Shown here piece by piece: positions 41,051 through 51,815 of a DNA stretch of 64,000 bases (the first letter of the stretch is position 1; each line of letters begins with the position of its first letter). Location of the stretch: the NCBI GenBank assembly GCA_902805555.1, contig CADCSY010000110.1, positions 16,807-80,806 on the forward strand, written 5' to 3'. The DNA comes from an uncultured Acidimicrobiales bacterium. GTDB taxonomy: Bacteria > Actinomycetota > Acidimicrobiia > Acidimicrobiales > CADCSY01. The notes under the pieces are model-generated. The model did not search any database. It was not told the origin of the DNA and saw only the letters and a program-made list of their open reading frames with translations. The position numbers and the translations under genes are program-made.

Positions 41051-42196
41051 TCAGGTCAGGGCGTGCTCGACGGCGGGCCGCAGGTCCTCGGGCGCGAGGC
41101 GCTCGACCCGGACCGCGTCGCAGCCGACCCAGGCCGCCGCCTCCACCAGGGCCCGGGCCAGGGCGGGGACCCACCGCGCGCCCGCCAGCGAGACCTGGCG
41201 GGCGACGAGCGTGCCGCCCTCCCTCGCCGGGTCCACCCGCCCGACGAGGCGACCGCCGGAGAGCAGGGGCATCGTGAAGTAGCCGTGCACCCGCCTCGGC
41301 TTCGGCACGTACGCCTCGAGCCGGTGGGTGAAGCCGAACACCCGCTCGGTCCTGGCCCGGTCCCACACCAGGGAGTCGAACGGCGACAGCAGCGTGGTGC
41401 GGTGGCGGCCGGGCGGGGGGGCGGCAGTGACGGCTGCGGGGTGCGCCCACGCCGGCTGGCCCCACCCCTCGACCTCGACGGGCACGAGCCCGGCATCGGG
41501 GATGGCGGCGTCGACGGCGGCCAGGCGCAGGCGGTGGTGGTCGGCGAGGTCGGCCCGGGTGGCGACCCCGAGCCGGGCCGCGGCGGCCGACACGAGGGCG
41601 ATCGCGCACTCGTGGTCACCGGGCCGCTGCGCCAGGAGGGCTGCAGGGACCGCACGCTCGGCCAGGTCGTAGACCCGCTTCCACCCCCGGCGCTCGACGC
41701 ACACCACCTCCCCCTCGCTCAGGAGCTGCTCGGCGGCGATCTTCACCTCCGACCAGTCCCACCACGGACCGCCCCGCTTGGCCCCGCCGAGCTCGGTCGC
41801 CGTCTTCGGGCCGTCGGCCAGGGCCGCCAGCACGGCGGCGCGCGCCTCCACGCGGCCCGAGCGCTCTCCATGCCGCGCCCGCCATGCACGCCGACGTGCC
41901 TCGAACCACGGCCACGACTCCATGGGCAGGACGCAGGCGGCGTGGGACCAGTACTCGAAGGCGGCCGGCGGCCGGCCCCAGTACGCAGCCTCGACCGGCG
42001 CCCGCCCCACCGGGCCCAGCCGTGCGTACGGGACGAGCTCGTGGCTGCGGGCCAGCACCGAGATCGTGTCCAGCTGCACTGCGCCGAGCCCGACGAGCAC
42101 GCCCTCGACGCCGGCGCGCCGGTCGGGGGCGCCGAGCAGACCCTGCGCCGCCAGGCCGAGCCGCCTCGCCTCGCCGGCGGAGAGGGCGACGGCCAC
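41051..42196 (-). CDS. YcaQ-family crosslink-repair DNA glycosylase (HTH_42)
   Basis: VQLDTISVLARSH, FEYWSH, LLSPFD, YVPKPRRVHGYF, GRVDP. Confidence 0.85.
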   Translation of the reverse strand: MAVALSAGEARRLGLAAQGLLGAPDRRAGVEGVLVGLGAVQLDTISVLARSHELVPYARLGPVGRAPVEAAYWGRPPAAFEYWSHAACVLPMESWPWFEARRRAWRARHGERSGRVEARAAVLAALADGPKTATELGGAKRGGPWWDWSEVKIAAEQLLSEGEVVCVERRGWKRVYDLAERAVPAALLAQRPGDHECAIALVSAAAARLGVATRADLADHHRLRLAAVDAAIPDAGLVPVEVEGWGQPAWAHPAAVTAAPPPGRHRTTLLSPFDSLVWDRARTERVFGFTHRLEAYVPKPRRVHGYFTMPLLSGGRLVGRVDPAREGGTLVARQVSLAGARWVPALARALVEAAAWVGCDAVRVERLAPEDLRPAVEHALT

Positions 42197-42241
42197 CGGC
42201 GAGATCGTAGGTGGCGGTCGCCGCAGCGAGCTGCTCTCGGC

Positions 42242-43573
42242 TCAGGCGGCGGCCCGCCTCGACCCCGGACCGACACCGAGCACCAGCAGCGAGGCGCCGA
42301 GGAGCGCGAGCGCGGGGATCGGGAGCCCGAGGGGCAGCGTCGCGGGCGCCACCCCGAGGAGGGTGAGGGTCAGGAAGCCGGCGGCGGCGAGGCCGGCTGC
42401 GGCCACTGCACGAGCGGCCGTCACCCCGGTGGGCACCGGGCGGCGGCGCCCCAGCCGCCTGGCGAGGGGCAGGAGGGCGACGAGGACGAGCCCGCAGCCC
42501 CCGATCCACAGCGGGCGCACCAGCCACCACATGCCGGACCCCGTCGGGTGGTCGGGGACGATGCCCGTCGGGAGCAGGACCAGCGCAGCGATCGTCATGG
42601 CTGCGAAGTGCCACAGGTAGACGGCCATGGCGGCCGCGTTCAGGGCCCCGATCCCGGCCATCGCGCCCGGCTGGCTGGCGCGGGCGGTCAGGGGTCGCCG
42701 TGCTGCGACGAGGAGCCCGACCTGGGTCGTCGCCAGACCGGCCATGGCGAGGGACGGCGGGCCGGCGTTGGTCGCCCCCGCCCCCGGGACGCTCACCATC
42801 GACAGCGGGTACCCGAGGAGACCGACCAGCACGGCCACGAGCGATCCGCCCGCCAGGGCGATGGCGAGGCCGGTGCGGGGCGGGAGCCGCAGCGAGCCGG
42901 CCTGCCAGGCGACCCCCAGCTGGTGGGCACCGCCCCACACGAAGAGCAGGTTGCACCAGGCCAACGAGGGCTCCCCCACCGCGCGAGCGGCGGCGTCGAC
43001 CAGAGCGGCCGCCAGGAGCAGCGCGACCGGTGCCCGCAGGCCCCAGCGCTGCTGCGCCCGGACGGCGAGCGGCGTCGCCACCAGCACGAGGGCGTAGGCC
43101 GCGAGGAACCACAGGTGCATCGTGAGCGCACGGCCAGCCACCTCGACGGTCTCGGGCGACAGGCCGACGACGGCGCCGAGGACCAGGAGCGCGGCCGCCA
43201 GCGCTGCGTAGGTGAGGGTGGGGCCGACGAGGCGCTCCACCCGGGACCCGAGCCAGGGACCGAAGCGGCCGTGCCCTGCGAGGGAGGCGGCGTTGGCGAC
43301 GCCGCCGCAGACGAACACGAGCGGCATGACCTGGAACCCGTACGTCAGCCACTGGGTCCAGGGGGAGGCACCCAGCACGTGCTCGGCCTCGAACCCCCCG
43401 CCCCGCCAGGCCACGGCGGCGACGAGGGCGTGGCCGACGGCCACCGTGAGCACGGCGACCACCCGGACGGCGTCGACCAGCGGGTCGCGGCCGGGGCGTG
43501 CGGGCGCCTCGGGGCGTCGGGGGGTCGGGACGAGGGTCCGGACGGCCGGGGTGGGAGGGCTGTCGAGGGGCAT
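42242..43573 (-). CDS. acyltransferase family 3 membrane protein
   Basis: RDPLVDAVR..VAVGH, FQVMP, LWFL, YLWH. Confidence 0.85.
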   Translation of the reverse strand: MPLDSPPTPAVRTLVPTPRRPEAPARPGRDPLVDAVRVVAVLTVAVGHALVAAVAWRGGGFEAEHVLGASPWTQWLTYGFQVMPLVFVCGGVANAASLAGHGRFGPWLGSRVERLVGPTLTYAALAAALLVLGAVVGLSPETVEVAGRALTMHLWFLAAYALVLVATPLAVRAQQRWGLRAPVALLLAAALVDAAARAVGEPSLAWCNLLFVWGGAHQLGVAWQAGSLRLPPRTGLAIALAGGSLVAVLVGLLGYPLSMVSVPGAGATNAGPPSLAMAGLATTQVGLLVAARRPLTARASQPGAMAGIGALNAAAMAVYLWHFAAMTIAALVLLPTGIVPDHPTGSGMWWLVRPLWIGGCGLVLVALLPLARRLGRRRPVPTGVTAARAVAAAGLAAAGFLTLTLLGVAPATLPLGLPIPALALLGASLLVLGVGPGSRRAAA

Positions 43574-43637
43574 GCAGCCACCATCGCCCCGAACCCCGTC
43601 CCGAGGTCCTGGGGCGATCCCCCAACCTCGGCCGGGG

Positions 43638-43820
43638 CTACCCCAGGGGTGCCCGGGCGTCCGGCGCCTCCGGCGGGCGGCGCAGGCCCCGGAAGGGACG
43701 GACCACCGAGGTGCCGTCCTCCCGCCTGATCAGCACGTTGCGGGGCGCGCCCGTCCGCCAGCTCCCACGGAGGACCACCACCACCGGTCGCCCGTGCTCG
43801 AGGTAGGTGCGGCCGATCAC
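43638..43820 (-). CDS. small basic hypothetical protein (60 aa)
   Basis: GGGAGG RBS before GTG, immediately downstream of lysS; GRTYLE...PRNVLIRREDG...VRPFRGLR. Confidence 0.65.
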   Translation of the reverse strand: MIGRTYLEHGRPVVVVLRGSWRTGAPRNVLIRREDGTSVVRPFRGLRRPPEAPDARAPLG

Positions 43821-43836
43821 CGAGCCTCCCGCCGGC

Positions 43837-45285
43837 TCAGCTGCCCGACTGCTCCGGGCGCAGCGTCGGGAAGAGGATCACGTCGCGGATGCTGGGGGTG
43901 TCCGTGAGGAGCATGACGAGCCGGTCGATGCCGATGCCCAGGCCACCGGTGGGGGGCAGTCCGTACTCGAGGGCCCGCACGTAGTCGGCGTCGACCGCCA
44001 TCGCCTCGTCGTCACCGGCCGCCTTCTGCCGGGCCTGGTCCTCGAAGCGGGCCCGCTGCTCGCCGGGGTCGGTCAGCTCGCTGAAGGCGTTCCCCAGCTC
44101 ACGCCCGGCCACGATCGGCTCGAAGCGCTCGACCATCCCCTCGAGCTCCCGGTGGTCGCGGGCGAGGGGCGAGACCTCCTTCGGGTAGTCGAGGACGAAG
44201 ACCGGGTCCCACAGGTTCGCCTCGGTCGTCGCCTCGTAGAGCTCGAGCAGGAGCTTGCCGGGACCCTCGCTGCCGTCGAGGTGCACGCCGCGGTCGCGAC
44301 AGTGGGCCCGCAGCTCCTCGACCGGCGTGCGCAGGTCGACCCGGACGCCGGCGTGCTCCTCGAGCAGGTCGAACATGCTGGCCCGCCGCCAGGGCGGCGT
44401 GAGGTCGAGCGGGCGCCCTCCGTAGCTGAGCTCGGTGGTGCCGTGGAGCTCCGTGGCGAGGTGGGCGACGAGCTCCTCGGTGAGGCGCATCATGTCCCCG
44501 TAGTCGGCGTACGCCTGGTAGAGCTCGAGCATCGTGAACTCGGGGTTGTGCCGGGTGGACATCCCCTCGTTGCGGAACGTCCGACCGACCTCGAACACCT
44601 TCTCGAAGCCGCCGACGACGAGTCGCTTCAGGTAGAGCTCGGGGGCGACCCTCAGGAACAGCTCGGCGTCGAGCGCGTTGTGGTGCGTGGTGAAGGGCCG
44701 TGCGGTGGCGCCGCCGGGGATGGGGTGGAGGATCGGCGTCTCCACCTCGATGAAGCCCCGGTCCTCGAGCCAGCGGCGCACGAGGCTGACGATGCGGCTC
44801 CTGGCCCGCAGCGTGGCATCGGCCTCGGGGGTCACCCAGAGGTCCACGTAGCGCTGGCGGAAGCGCAGGTCGGTGTCGGTGATGCCGTGCCACTTGTCGG
44901 GGAACGTGCGGCGGGCCTCGGCCAGCAGCACCCAGTCGTCGACCGCCACGCTCAGCTCGCCCCGCCGCGTGGTCATCACCTGGCCGGTGACCCCGACCCA
45001 GTCGCCGAGGGAGAGCGTGCCGAAGCGCTCGAAGTCGGGGGTGCCGGCGGCGGTGCCGAAGAGCTGGATCCGGCCGCTGGCGTCCTGCAGGGTGCCGAAC
45101 GCCAGCTTTCCCTGCACCCGGCGCAGCATGAGCCGCCCGGCCACCGTGACGACCTCCCCCGTCTCGGTCCCCGGGTCGAGCCCGGCGTGCCGCTCGGCGA
45201 TCGAGGCGGCCGTCGCCGTCGGCTCGTAGCGGTACGGCTGGCGGGACCGGTCGCCCCGCCCACCCTCCTGGGGGGCCTCGCTCAT
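43837..45285 (-). CDS. lysS: lysine--tRNA ligase (class II)
   Basis: [42 protein letters not shown]. Confidence 0.97.
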   Translation of the reverse strand: MSEAPQEGGRGDRSRQPYRYEPTATAASIAERHAGLDPGTETGEVVTVAGRLMLRRVQGKLAFGTLQDASGRIQLFGTAAGTPDFERFGTLSLGDWVGVTGQVMTTRRGELSVAVDDWVLLAEARRTFPDKWHGITDTDLRFRQRYVDLWVTPEADATLRARSRIVSLVRRWLEDRGFIEVETPILHPIPGGATARPFTTHHNALDAELFLRVAPELYLKRLVVGGFEKVFEVGRTFRNEGMSTRHNPEFTMLELYQAYADYGDMMRLTEELVAHLATELHGTTELSYGGRPLDLTPPWRRASMFDLLEEHAGVRVDLRTPVEELRAHCRDRGVHLDGSEGPGKLLLELYEATTEANLWDPVFVLDYPKEVSPLARDHRELEGMVERFEPIVAGRELGNAFSELTDPGEQRARFEDQARQKAAGDDEAMAVDADYVRALEYGLPPTGGLGIGIDRLVMLLTDTPSIRDVILFPTLRPEQSGS

Positions 45286-45319
45286 GCCCGGTGCTCCCGG
45301 CCGGCCGGGCCGACGGGGC

Positions 45320-46099
45320 TCATGGCTGGTTGCGCTCGAAGACGATGCGCAGCCCGTGGAGGGTGAGCCAGGGCTCGACGTGCTGGATCGTGCCGCACAA
45401 CGGCCCGATGACGCCGGCCAGGCCACCGGTGGCGAGGACGGTGCAGGCGCCGAGCTCGACCTCCATGCGGCGCACGAGGCCGTCGACCATCGACGAGTAG
45501 CCGTAGATCGCGCCTGACTGGATGGACTCGACGGTCGTCCTGCCGATCACGTTCCGGGGCTCGCGCAGCTCGACCCTCGGCAGGCGGGCAGCGCGGGAGA
45601 ACAGGGCGTCCATGCTGATCTCGATGCCGGGCAGGATGGCGCCGCCCAGGTACTCGCCCTTGTCGGAGATGGCGTCGAAGGTCGTGGCCGTGCCGAAGTC
45701 GACGACGATGATCGGCGGCTCGTGCAGGTCGAGCGCCCCGACGGCGTTGGCGATGCGGTCGGCGCCGACCTCGCGGGGGTTGTCGTAGAGGATCGGCATC
45801 CCCGTCCTGATGCCCGGCTCGAGCAGCACGGGCGCGAAGCCGAAGTAGCGCTCCGCCATCTCCCGCAGCGCGGCGGTCACCCGGGGGACGCCCGAAGAGA
45901 TGGCGATCCCGGAGACGTCGTCGTCGAAGCTGTAGCCGTGGAACCCCAGGAACTCCTGGATGAGCAGCGCCAGCTCGTCGCCCGTCCGCTCGGCGTTGGT
46001 CGCCACCCGCCAGTGGTCGACGAGCTCGGTGCTGCCACCCGGGGCCTCGAAGAGCCCGATCACGGTCTGGGTGTTGCCGGCGTCGACGGCGAGGAGCAC
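45320..46099 (-). CDS. coaX: type III pantothenate kinase
   Basis: DAGNT, GADR, DFGTATT, ATGG. Confidence 0.95.
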   Translation of the reverse strand: MLLAVDAGNTQTVIGLFEAPGGSTELVDHWRVATNAERTGDELALLIQEFLGFHGYSFDDDVSGIAISSGVPRVTAALREMAERYFGFAPVLLEPGIRTGMPILYDNPREVGADRIANAVGALDLHEPPIIVVDFGTATTFDAISDKGEYLGGAILPGIEISMDALFSRAARLPRVELREPRNVIGRTTVESIQSGAIYGYSSMVDGLVRRMEVELGACTVLATGGLAGVIGPLCGTIQHVEPWLTLHGLRIVFERNQP

Positions 46100-46101
46100 G
46101 A

Positions 46102-47019
46102 TCAGGCCTCGTTCGGGTGGGTGGGTGCGGTCGCACGGGGCACGGAACCGGTCGTCGGGGTGACGTCGAGGCCGATGTCGAGGACGGGGGCGGAGTGGGT
46201 CAGGGCCCCGACGGAGACGAGGTCGACACCGGTGGCGGCGATGGCGCCCACGGTCTCGAGGTCGACACCACCGGACACCTCGAGCAGCGGGCGGGCGGCG
46301 TCACCCCGGAGGGCGACGCAACGGCCGATCTCGTCCAGCGACATGTTGTCGAGCAGGACGATGTCGGCGCCGGCGGTGATGGCCTCCTCGAGCTGCTCGA
46401 TGCGGTCGGCCTCGACCTGCACGGTCCGTCCCGGCCAGCGGGAGCGGGCGCGGCGGACCGCCTCGGTGACCCCGAGGGCAGCGAGGTGGTTGTCCTTCAC
46501 GAGCACCCACTCCGACAGGTTGCCGCGGTGGTTGGCGCCGCCCCCGGCCCGGACCGCCGCCTTCTCGAGCGCCCGCAGCCCCGGCGTCGTCTTTCGGGTG
46601 TCCCAGATGCGGGCGCCGGGCGCGGCCGCCACGAAGCGGGCCGTGAGGGTGGCCACCCCCGAGAGGTGGCAGAGCAGGTTCAAGGCGGTGCGCTCTGCCG
46701 TCAGGATCGCCGCCAGCGGGCCGGAGACGGTGGCGATGACGTCACCGGCGGCGACGGTGCTCCCGTCGGGCAGGGCCCACTCGACGTCGACGGCGTCGTC
46801 GAGCGAGGTGAGGGCGTGGGTGGCGGCCAGCCGCCCGGCGACGACGCCGGGCGACCTGGCGACGAGGGTGGCGGTGCCGGTGGTGGCCGGGTCGAGGAGG
46901 GCGGCGGTGACGTCACCGAGCGGCTCGAGGTCCTCGGCCAGCGCCCGCGCCACGACCTCGCGGACCGCGCTGGCGGGCGGATCGACCCACGAGGCGAGCG
47001 CAGGAGGGCGGGTGGTCAC
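46102..47019 (-). CDS. nadC: nicotinate-nucleotide pyrophosphorylase
   Basis: ERTALN, DTRKTTPG, KDNH, LLDN, SGG, GALTHS. Confidence 0.95.
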   Translation of the reverse strand: MTTRPPALASWVDPPASAVREVVARALAEDLEPLGDVTAALLDPATTGTATLVARSPGVVAGRLAATHALTSLDDAVDVEWALPDGSTVAAGDVIATVSGPLAAILTAERTALNLLCHLSGVATLTARFVAAAPGARIWDTRKTTPGLRALEKAAVRAGGGANHRGNLSEWVLVKDNHLAALGVTEAVRRARSRWPGRTVQVEADRIEQLEEAITAGADIVLLDNMSLDEIGRCVALRGDAARPLLEVSGGVDLETVGAIAATGVDLVSVGALTHSAPVLDIGLDVTPTTGSVPRATAPTHPNEA

Positions 47020-47585
47020 GGGGTGATCCTGTCGGGCACGGCACCCGGGCGTCGAACTCGACCCGCAGCAGGCGCTCGACCGGCGATCGCTGCGACGGTC
47101 GCCTGCGCCAGCCGGACGAGGTCCCTCGGGTCGAGCTCGATCTCGAGGCCGCGCCGTCCTGCGCTCACGAAGACCGTCGGGTGTTCCATCGCGCCCTGGT
47201 CGACCACTGTGGGCAGCCGGCGGCGCTGGCCGAGCGGGCTGATGCCGCCGAGCACGTACCCCGTGGCCCGCTCGGCAGCGGCCGCGTCGGCCATCGCCGC
47301 CCGCTTCGAGCCCACCGAGGCCGCCAGCGCACGGAGGTCGAGCATCCGCGAGACGGGGACCACGCCGACCACGAGCTGCCCCCCACCGGTGGCGGCCACG
47401 AGCGTCTTGAGGACGCGGTCGACCCCGACCCCGAGCGCAGCCGCCGCCTCCAGGCCGTAGCCCTCGTCCTCGCCCCCTCCGCCCTCGCGGTCGGTGACGT
47501 AGCGGTGGACGGCGTGCTCGATCCCCTCCTTCCGGGCGAGGGCGACGGCCGGTGTCGCCGAGCTCGCACCCGTCCTCGCCGCCAT
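47016..47585 (-). CDS. ybaK: Cys-tRNA(Pro) deacylase
   Basis: KTL, ATGYVLGGISPLG, SAGRRG. Confidence 0.9.
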   Translation of the reverse strand: MAARTGASSATPAVALARKEGIEHAVHRYVTDREGGGGEDEGYGLEAAAALGVGVDRVLKTLVAATGGGQLVVGVVPVSRMLDLRALAASVGSKRAAMADAAAAERATGYVLGGISPLGQRRRLPTVVDQGAMEHPTVFVSAGRRGLEIELDPRDLVRLAQATVAAIAGRAPAAGRVRRPGAVPDRITP

Positions 47586-47670
47586 CGGGACCAGCCTGCC
47601 ACCCGCACCCTGCCCGCCGTCCCGCCTCGGATCGGCGACCACCGCCGGTTTCGGGGAGCCGGAGGCCCGC

Positions 47671-49275
47671 TCAGCCGCCGAGGATGACGTGGCGGTGGCG
47701 CTGCGCCTGGTCCTGGGCCGGGTGGTCGGCCCGCCAGTGGTTGCCCCGGCTCTCGGTGCGGGCCTCGGCCGCCGCCACCAGGGCCGACCCGCAGGTGACG
47801 AGGTTGGCCACCTCCCGGAGGGCGGCGCTGCCCGGGTCGACGAGGACGGCGCCCGAGGTGGCGGCGCCCACGTCGCCGATGACGACGGCTGCGCCCGCGA
47901 GCGACGGGCCCGTGCGCACCACACCCGCCCCCGTCGTCATGCCCCGCTGCAGCCGGTCGAGGAGCTGTGCAGGGTCGGCAGGTGCGGGCTGGCCCACGGC
48001 CGCCGCCGGGGGCGCGGGCAGCGCCTGCACGCCGATCTCGACGTGGCCCCCGAGGAGGGGCCGCATGGCGCCCGATGCCACCGGGCCGTCACGACCGGCC
48101 TCGATCGCCTCCACCGTCCGGGGGGCGAAGACCATCCCCTCCAGCAGGGAGTTGGAGGCGAGCCGGTTCGCGCCGTGCACCCCGGTGCAGGCCACCTCGC
48201 CGCTCGCCCACAGGCCGGGGAGGGTCGTGGCTCCGTCGAGGTCGGTCAGGACCCCGCCGGACAGGTAGTGGGCGGCGGGGGCGATCGGCAGCCAGTCTGC
48301 GGCGGGGTCGAGGCCGATGGCCCGGACGGAGGCAGCGATCGTCGGGAAGCGGAGGTCGAACCCGTCGAGGCCGGTGGCGTCGAGCCACAGGTGGTCGACG
48401 CCCTGGTCGAGCATGCGGGTCGTCATGGCCCGGCTGACCTGGTCGCGCGGGAGGAGCTCGTCGACGAAGCGCTGACCGGCCGTGTCACGCAGCAGCGCCC
48501 CGTGACCCCGCAGCGCCTCGCTCAGGAGGGGTCGCGGCATGGCGGGGTGGTGCAGCGCAGTGGGGTGGAACTGCATGAACTCGACGTCGGCGACGGCCAC
48601 CCCGGCCCGCAGCGCCATCGCCAGGCCGTCCCCCGTCGACTGGGTGGGGTTCGTCGTCACGGCGAAGAGCTGCCCTGCTCCCCCGGTGGCGAGCAGGACG
48701 TGGCGGCTCCTCACCTGCACGGCCGCCCCCGACGGGTCCAGGGCGACCACACCGGCGGCCCGGCCCCGCTCCACCAGCAGGTCGAGCGCGAACCACCCCT
48801 CGAGCACCACCGCTGCGGTCTGCTGCACGGCGGCCACCAGCGCCCGCTCGATCTCCGCCCCGGTGGCCGCACCGCCGGCGTGGACGACCCGGGCCGTGGA
48901 GTGGCCCCCCTCCCTGGCCAGCTGCAGGGTCCCGTCCCGCTCGGTGTCGAAGACCGCCCCGAGGGCGATCAGCTCGTGCACCCGCGTCGGCCCCTCGTCG
49001 ACGAGCACCCTGACGGCGTCGAGGTCGCACAGACCCGCGCCTGCCGCGAGCGTGTCGGCGAGGTGGAGGTCGGTGGAGTCCTCGTCGGCGGACAGCACGG
49101 CGGCCACGCCACCCTGGGCCCACCTCGTGGCCGACTGGTGCAGCTCCGCCTTCGTCAGCACGCCGACCCGCAGCCCGGCGACGGTCGCAGCCTGGACCGC
49201 CGCCGACAGCCCTGCCACGCCGCTGCCGAGGACGAGCAGGTCGAGCTCCCCCCCGCCGGGGGCGGGGCCGGTCAC
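47671..49275 (-). CDS. nadB: L-aspartate oxidase
   Basis: [37 protein letters not shown]. Confidence 0.95.
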   Translation of the reverse strand: MTGPAPGGGELDLLVLGSGVAGLSAAVQAATVAGLRVGVLTKAELHQSATRWAQGGVAAVLSADEDSTDLHLADTLAAGAGLCDLDAVRVLVDEGPTRVHELIALGAVFDTERDGTLQLAREGGHSTARVVHAGGAATGAEIERALVAAVQQTAAVVLEGWFALDLLVERGRAAGVVALDPSGAAVQVRSRHVLLATGGAGQLFAVTTNPTQSTGDGLAMALRAGVAVADVEFMQFHPTALHHPAMPRPLLSEALRGHGALLRDTAGQRFVDELLPRDQVSRAMTTRMLDQGVDHLWLDATGLDGFDLRFPTIAASVRAIGLDPAADWLPIAPAAHYLSGGVLTDLDGATTLPGLWASGEVACTGVHGANRLASNSLLEGMVFAPRTVEAIEAGRDGPVASGAMRPLLGGHVEIGVQALPAPPAAAVGQPAPADPAQLLDRLQRGMTTGAGVVRTGPSLAGAAVVIGDVGAATSGAVLVDPGSAALREVANLVTCGSALVAAAEARTESRGNHWRADHPAQDQAQRHRHVILGG

Positions 49276-49688
49276 GCCACCAGGTCCCCCGCGACGACCT
49301 CGGCGTAGCGGCGGGGATCGGCAGTGACGCGGGCGACCACGTCGGGCGGGACCGGGCGGTTGGCGGTGTCGACGTGCACCACCACCGGCTCGTACCCCTC
49401 GAGCTCGGCCGCCTCGTACTCGGCGTAGGTGATGATGATCACCCGGTCGCCGGGGCTGACGAGCCGGGCGGCCGCACCGTTCAGGCACACCTCGCCGGGC
49501 CTGCCCACGATGGCGTAGGTCTCGAAGCGGGCCCCGTTGTCGATGTCGAGCACGGCGACCTGCTCGTTCGGCAGGATGTCGGCCTGCTCCAGCAGGACCG
49601 GGTCGATCGAGACCGACCCGACGTCGTGGAGGTCGGCGCCGGTCACGGTGGCGCGATGGATCTTCGACTTCAGCATGCGGCGGCGCAC
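49272..49688 (-). CDS. panD: aspartate 1-decarboxylase
   Basis: [11 protein letters not shown]24-S25 cleavage site, [14 protein letters not shown]. Confidence 0.93.
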   Translation of the reverse strand: MRRRMLKSKIHRATVTGADLHDVGSVSIDPVLLEQADILPNEQVAVLDIDNGARFETYAIVGRPGEVCLNGAAARLVSPGDRVIIITYAEYEAAELEGYEPVVVHVDTANRPVPPDVVARVTADPRRYAEVVAGDLVA

Positions 49689-49797
49689 GGTTCGAGCTCC
49701 TCCCCTTCGGTGGACGCCGCGTCTGCGGTCGCCCCCACGGTCAGTGCAACCCCGCCGCCCTGCCCGCGCTTCCCGCGGTCGAACCACCCGCCCCGCT

Positions 49798-50658
49798 TCA
49801 CGGCGGTGTCGAGATCCCGACGTTGTCGATGAGCCGCGCCCGCCCGAAGCGCGCCGCCACCAGGATGCGGAGCTCACCGGCGAGGACGGCGGGGGTGCGC
49901 AGGGTGGCGGCGTCGACCACGTCGGCGGCGTCGAGGGCGGCGAGCGGCTCGGCCTCGACGATCGAGCCGACGAGGTCGGTCACGGCCGCCGGCGAGCGCT
50001 CACCGGCCGCGACCGCCGACGCACCGGACCGGAGCGCCCGCAGCAGGACCGGGGCGGCGGCACGCTCCTCCGGGGTGAGGTAGGCGTTCCGACTCGACAG
50101 GGCGAGGCCGTCCCGAGCCCGGACGACGGGGCAGCCCACCACCTCCACCGGGAAGGAGAGGTCGCCGGCCATGCGGCGCACGATGGCGAGCTGCTGGAAG
50201 TCCTTCTCCCCGAAGTAGGCCCGAGCCGCCCCGACGATGGCGAAGAGCTTCGCCACCACCGTCGCCACCCCGTCGAAGTGGGTCGGCCTGAACCGGCCGT
50301 CGAGCACCTCCGAGAGGCCGGCGACGTGCACGTTGGTGGCCACCTCGCCCGGGAACATCTCCTCCACGGGGGGCGCGAAGGCGATGGAGGCCCCGGACCG
50401 GGCGGCGGCCTCGACGTCGGCCTCGAGCGCCCTGGGGTAGGCGGCCAGATCCTCGCCAGGCCCGAACTGGAGCGGGTTGACGAAGACCGTGAGGACGACC
50501 ACGTCGCACTCGGCCGCGGCCCGTGACACCAGGCTGAGGTGCCCGTCGTGGAGCGCACCCATCGTGGGCACCAGGCCGACGAGCCGCCCGGCGCACCGCT
50601 GCTCCTGCGCCCACGTCCCCAGGTCGGCGGTGCGCTCGACCACCGGGATCCCCGCCAC
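49798..50658 (-). CDS. panC: pantoate--beta-alanine ligase
   Basis: [36 protein letters not shown]. Confidence 0.95.
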   Translation of the reverse strand: MAGIPVVERTADLGTWAQEQRCAGRLVGLVPTMGALHDGHLSLVSRAAAECDVVVLTVFVNPLQFGPGEDLAAYPRALEADVEAAARSGASIAFAPPVEEMFPGEVATNVHVAGLSEVLDGRFRPTHFDGVATVVAKLFAIVGAARAYFGEKDFQQLAIVRRMAGDLSFPVEVVGCPVVRARDGLALSSRNAYLTPEERAAAPVLLRALRSGASAVAAGERSPAAVTDLVGSIVEAEPLAALDAADVVDAATLRTPAVLAGELRILVAARFGRARLIDNVGISTPP

Positions 50659-50774
50659 CCGCCCGCTCCTCCCTTGCACCGGTCCTGCCGGCCCGCGACC
50701 CGCTGTGAGCCGCGGCGGCAGCCTTGCCTCCACCGGGCCCCGGCCTCCAATCGGCCCCGGACGAGCCCGCGGGA

Positions 50775-50906
50775 GACCGGCTGCAGGCGACCGCCTCCGT
50801 AGCGACCAGCTGCGGGCGTCCGCATGCCGGCCCGCACCAGCTCGAGCGCGACCGGGTGCAGGCGTCCGCCTCCGGGGCGACCAGCTGCGGGGGTCCGCAT
50901 GCCGGC
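50775..50906. repeat. nested direct repeat: two 57-bp units (period 75), each made of two ~29-bp subunits
   Basis: GACCRGSTGCRGGSGWCCGC at 50775, 50804, 50850, 50879. Confidence 0.8.
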
Positions 50907-50939
50907 ACCCCACGGGTCGCCAGCGAGAGGCGGCGCCGG

Positions 50940-51668
50940 TCACGGTCCGGTCGTCGGAGCAGGGCCGCCGGCCCGGGGGACGAGTCGACGGGCAGCGTCG
51001 GCGAGCGCCTCGTAGGCAGGGCGCTCCGCCGGGTCGAGCGCAGCGAGGTGGCGGGCCACGGTGGCCTCGTCACCTCGCCTGACGGGGCCGGTCAGGGCAG
51101 CGGCCGGGCCTCGGGCGGCGACGTTGGCGAGCGCTCCGGCGGCGAGGGCGAGGTAGGCCTCCAGGGGGACGCCGGCGGCGGCCGCCACCCGGTCCACCTG
51201 GCCGAGCAGGGCCACCAGGTGGTTGGCGGCGATGGTGGCCGCCGCGTGGTGGAGCACCCTGTTCTCGTCGGCCACGTGGTGGGCCCTGCCTCCGAGGTCG
51301 GCGGCCAGGCGTGCGGCGAGCGGGTCGCCGGCCACGGCGAACCAGGCACCGGCGAGGTCGGTGGCCGGCCCGGGCATGCTCACGATCGGGTGGAGCGACG
51401 CCCGCCGCCGGTGCGGCGCGAGGGCGTCGAGCCCGACGGCGCCGGCCAGGTGGGCCACCACCGTCTGGTCCACGGGCTCCACGGCGCCCGCCACCGCGGG
51501 GATGGCGGCGTCCGGTGTGGCGATGAGGAGGAGGTCGACGCCGGCAGCCGCAGGCCTGAGGTCGGCGTCGCGACCGAGCACCGAGCGCAGCTCCCACCCT
51601 GCGGCGACCAGCCCGGCGCTGACGGACCGACCCGCCCGGCCGGGGCCGATGAGGCACAGTGCTGGCAT
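50940..51668 (-). CDS. Rossmann-like/DUF2520 protein (PanG-type ketopantoate reductase candidate)
   Basis: IGPGRAG, ATPD, HLAGA, HP, HHAAATIAAN, LTGPVRRGD; upstream of panC. Confidence 0.85.
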   Translation of the reverse strand: MPALCLIGPGRAGRSVSAGLVAAGWELRSVLGRDADLRPAAAGVDLLLIATPDAAIPAVAGAVEPVDQTVVAHLAGAVGLDALAPHRRRASLHPIVSMPGPATDLAGAWFAVAGDPLAARLAADLGGRAHHVADENRVLHHAAATIAANHLVALLGQVDRVAAAAGVPLEAYLALAAGALANVAARGPAAALTGPVRRGDEATVARHLAALDPAERPAYEALADAARRLVPRAGGPAPTTGP

Positions 51669-51815
51669 GGCAGCTCCCTCCCCGACGGCGTTCGAGCCCC
51701 GGGACGCTACCGACGGCGGCGCCACCGGGCCGGGTGCCGACCTTCGTCCGGCCGCCCCGTGCCGCCCGTCGTCGTGGAGCCGGGAGCGGGGACCCCGCTG
51801 GCACCGGGGCGGTCG

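Noticed and set aside
50775-50906. Possible mini-CRISPR array (also 12127-12271)
   Set aside because: No unique spacers of constant length, repeats degenerate, no cas genes.
46102-51668. panB and nadA missing from the pan/nad cluster
   Set aside because: These genes are commonly located elsewhere in actinobacteria.
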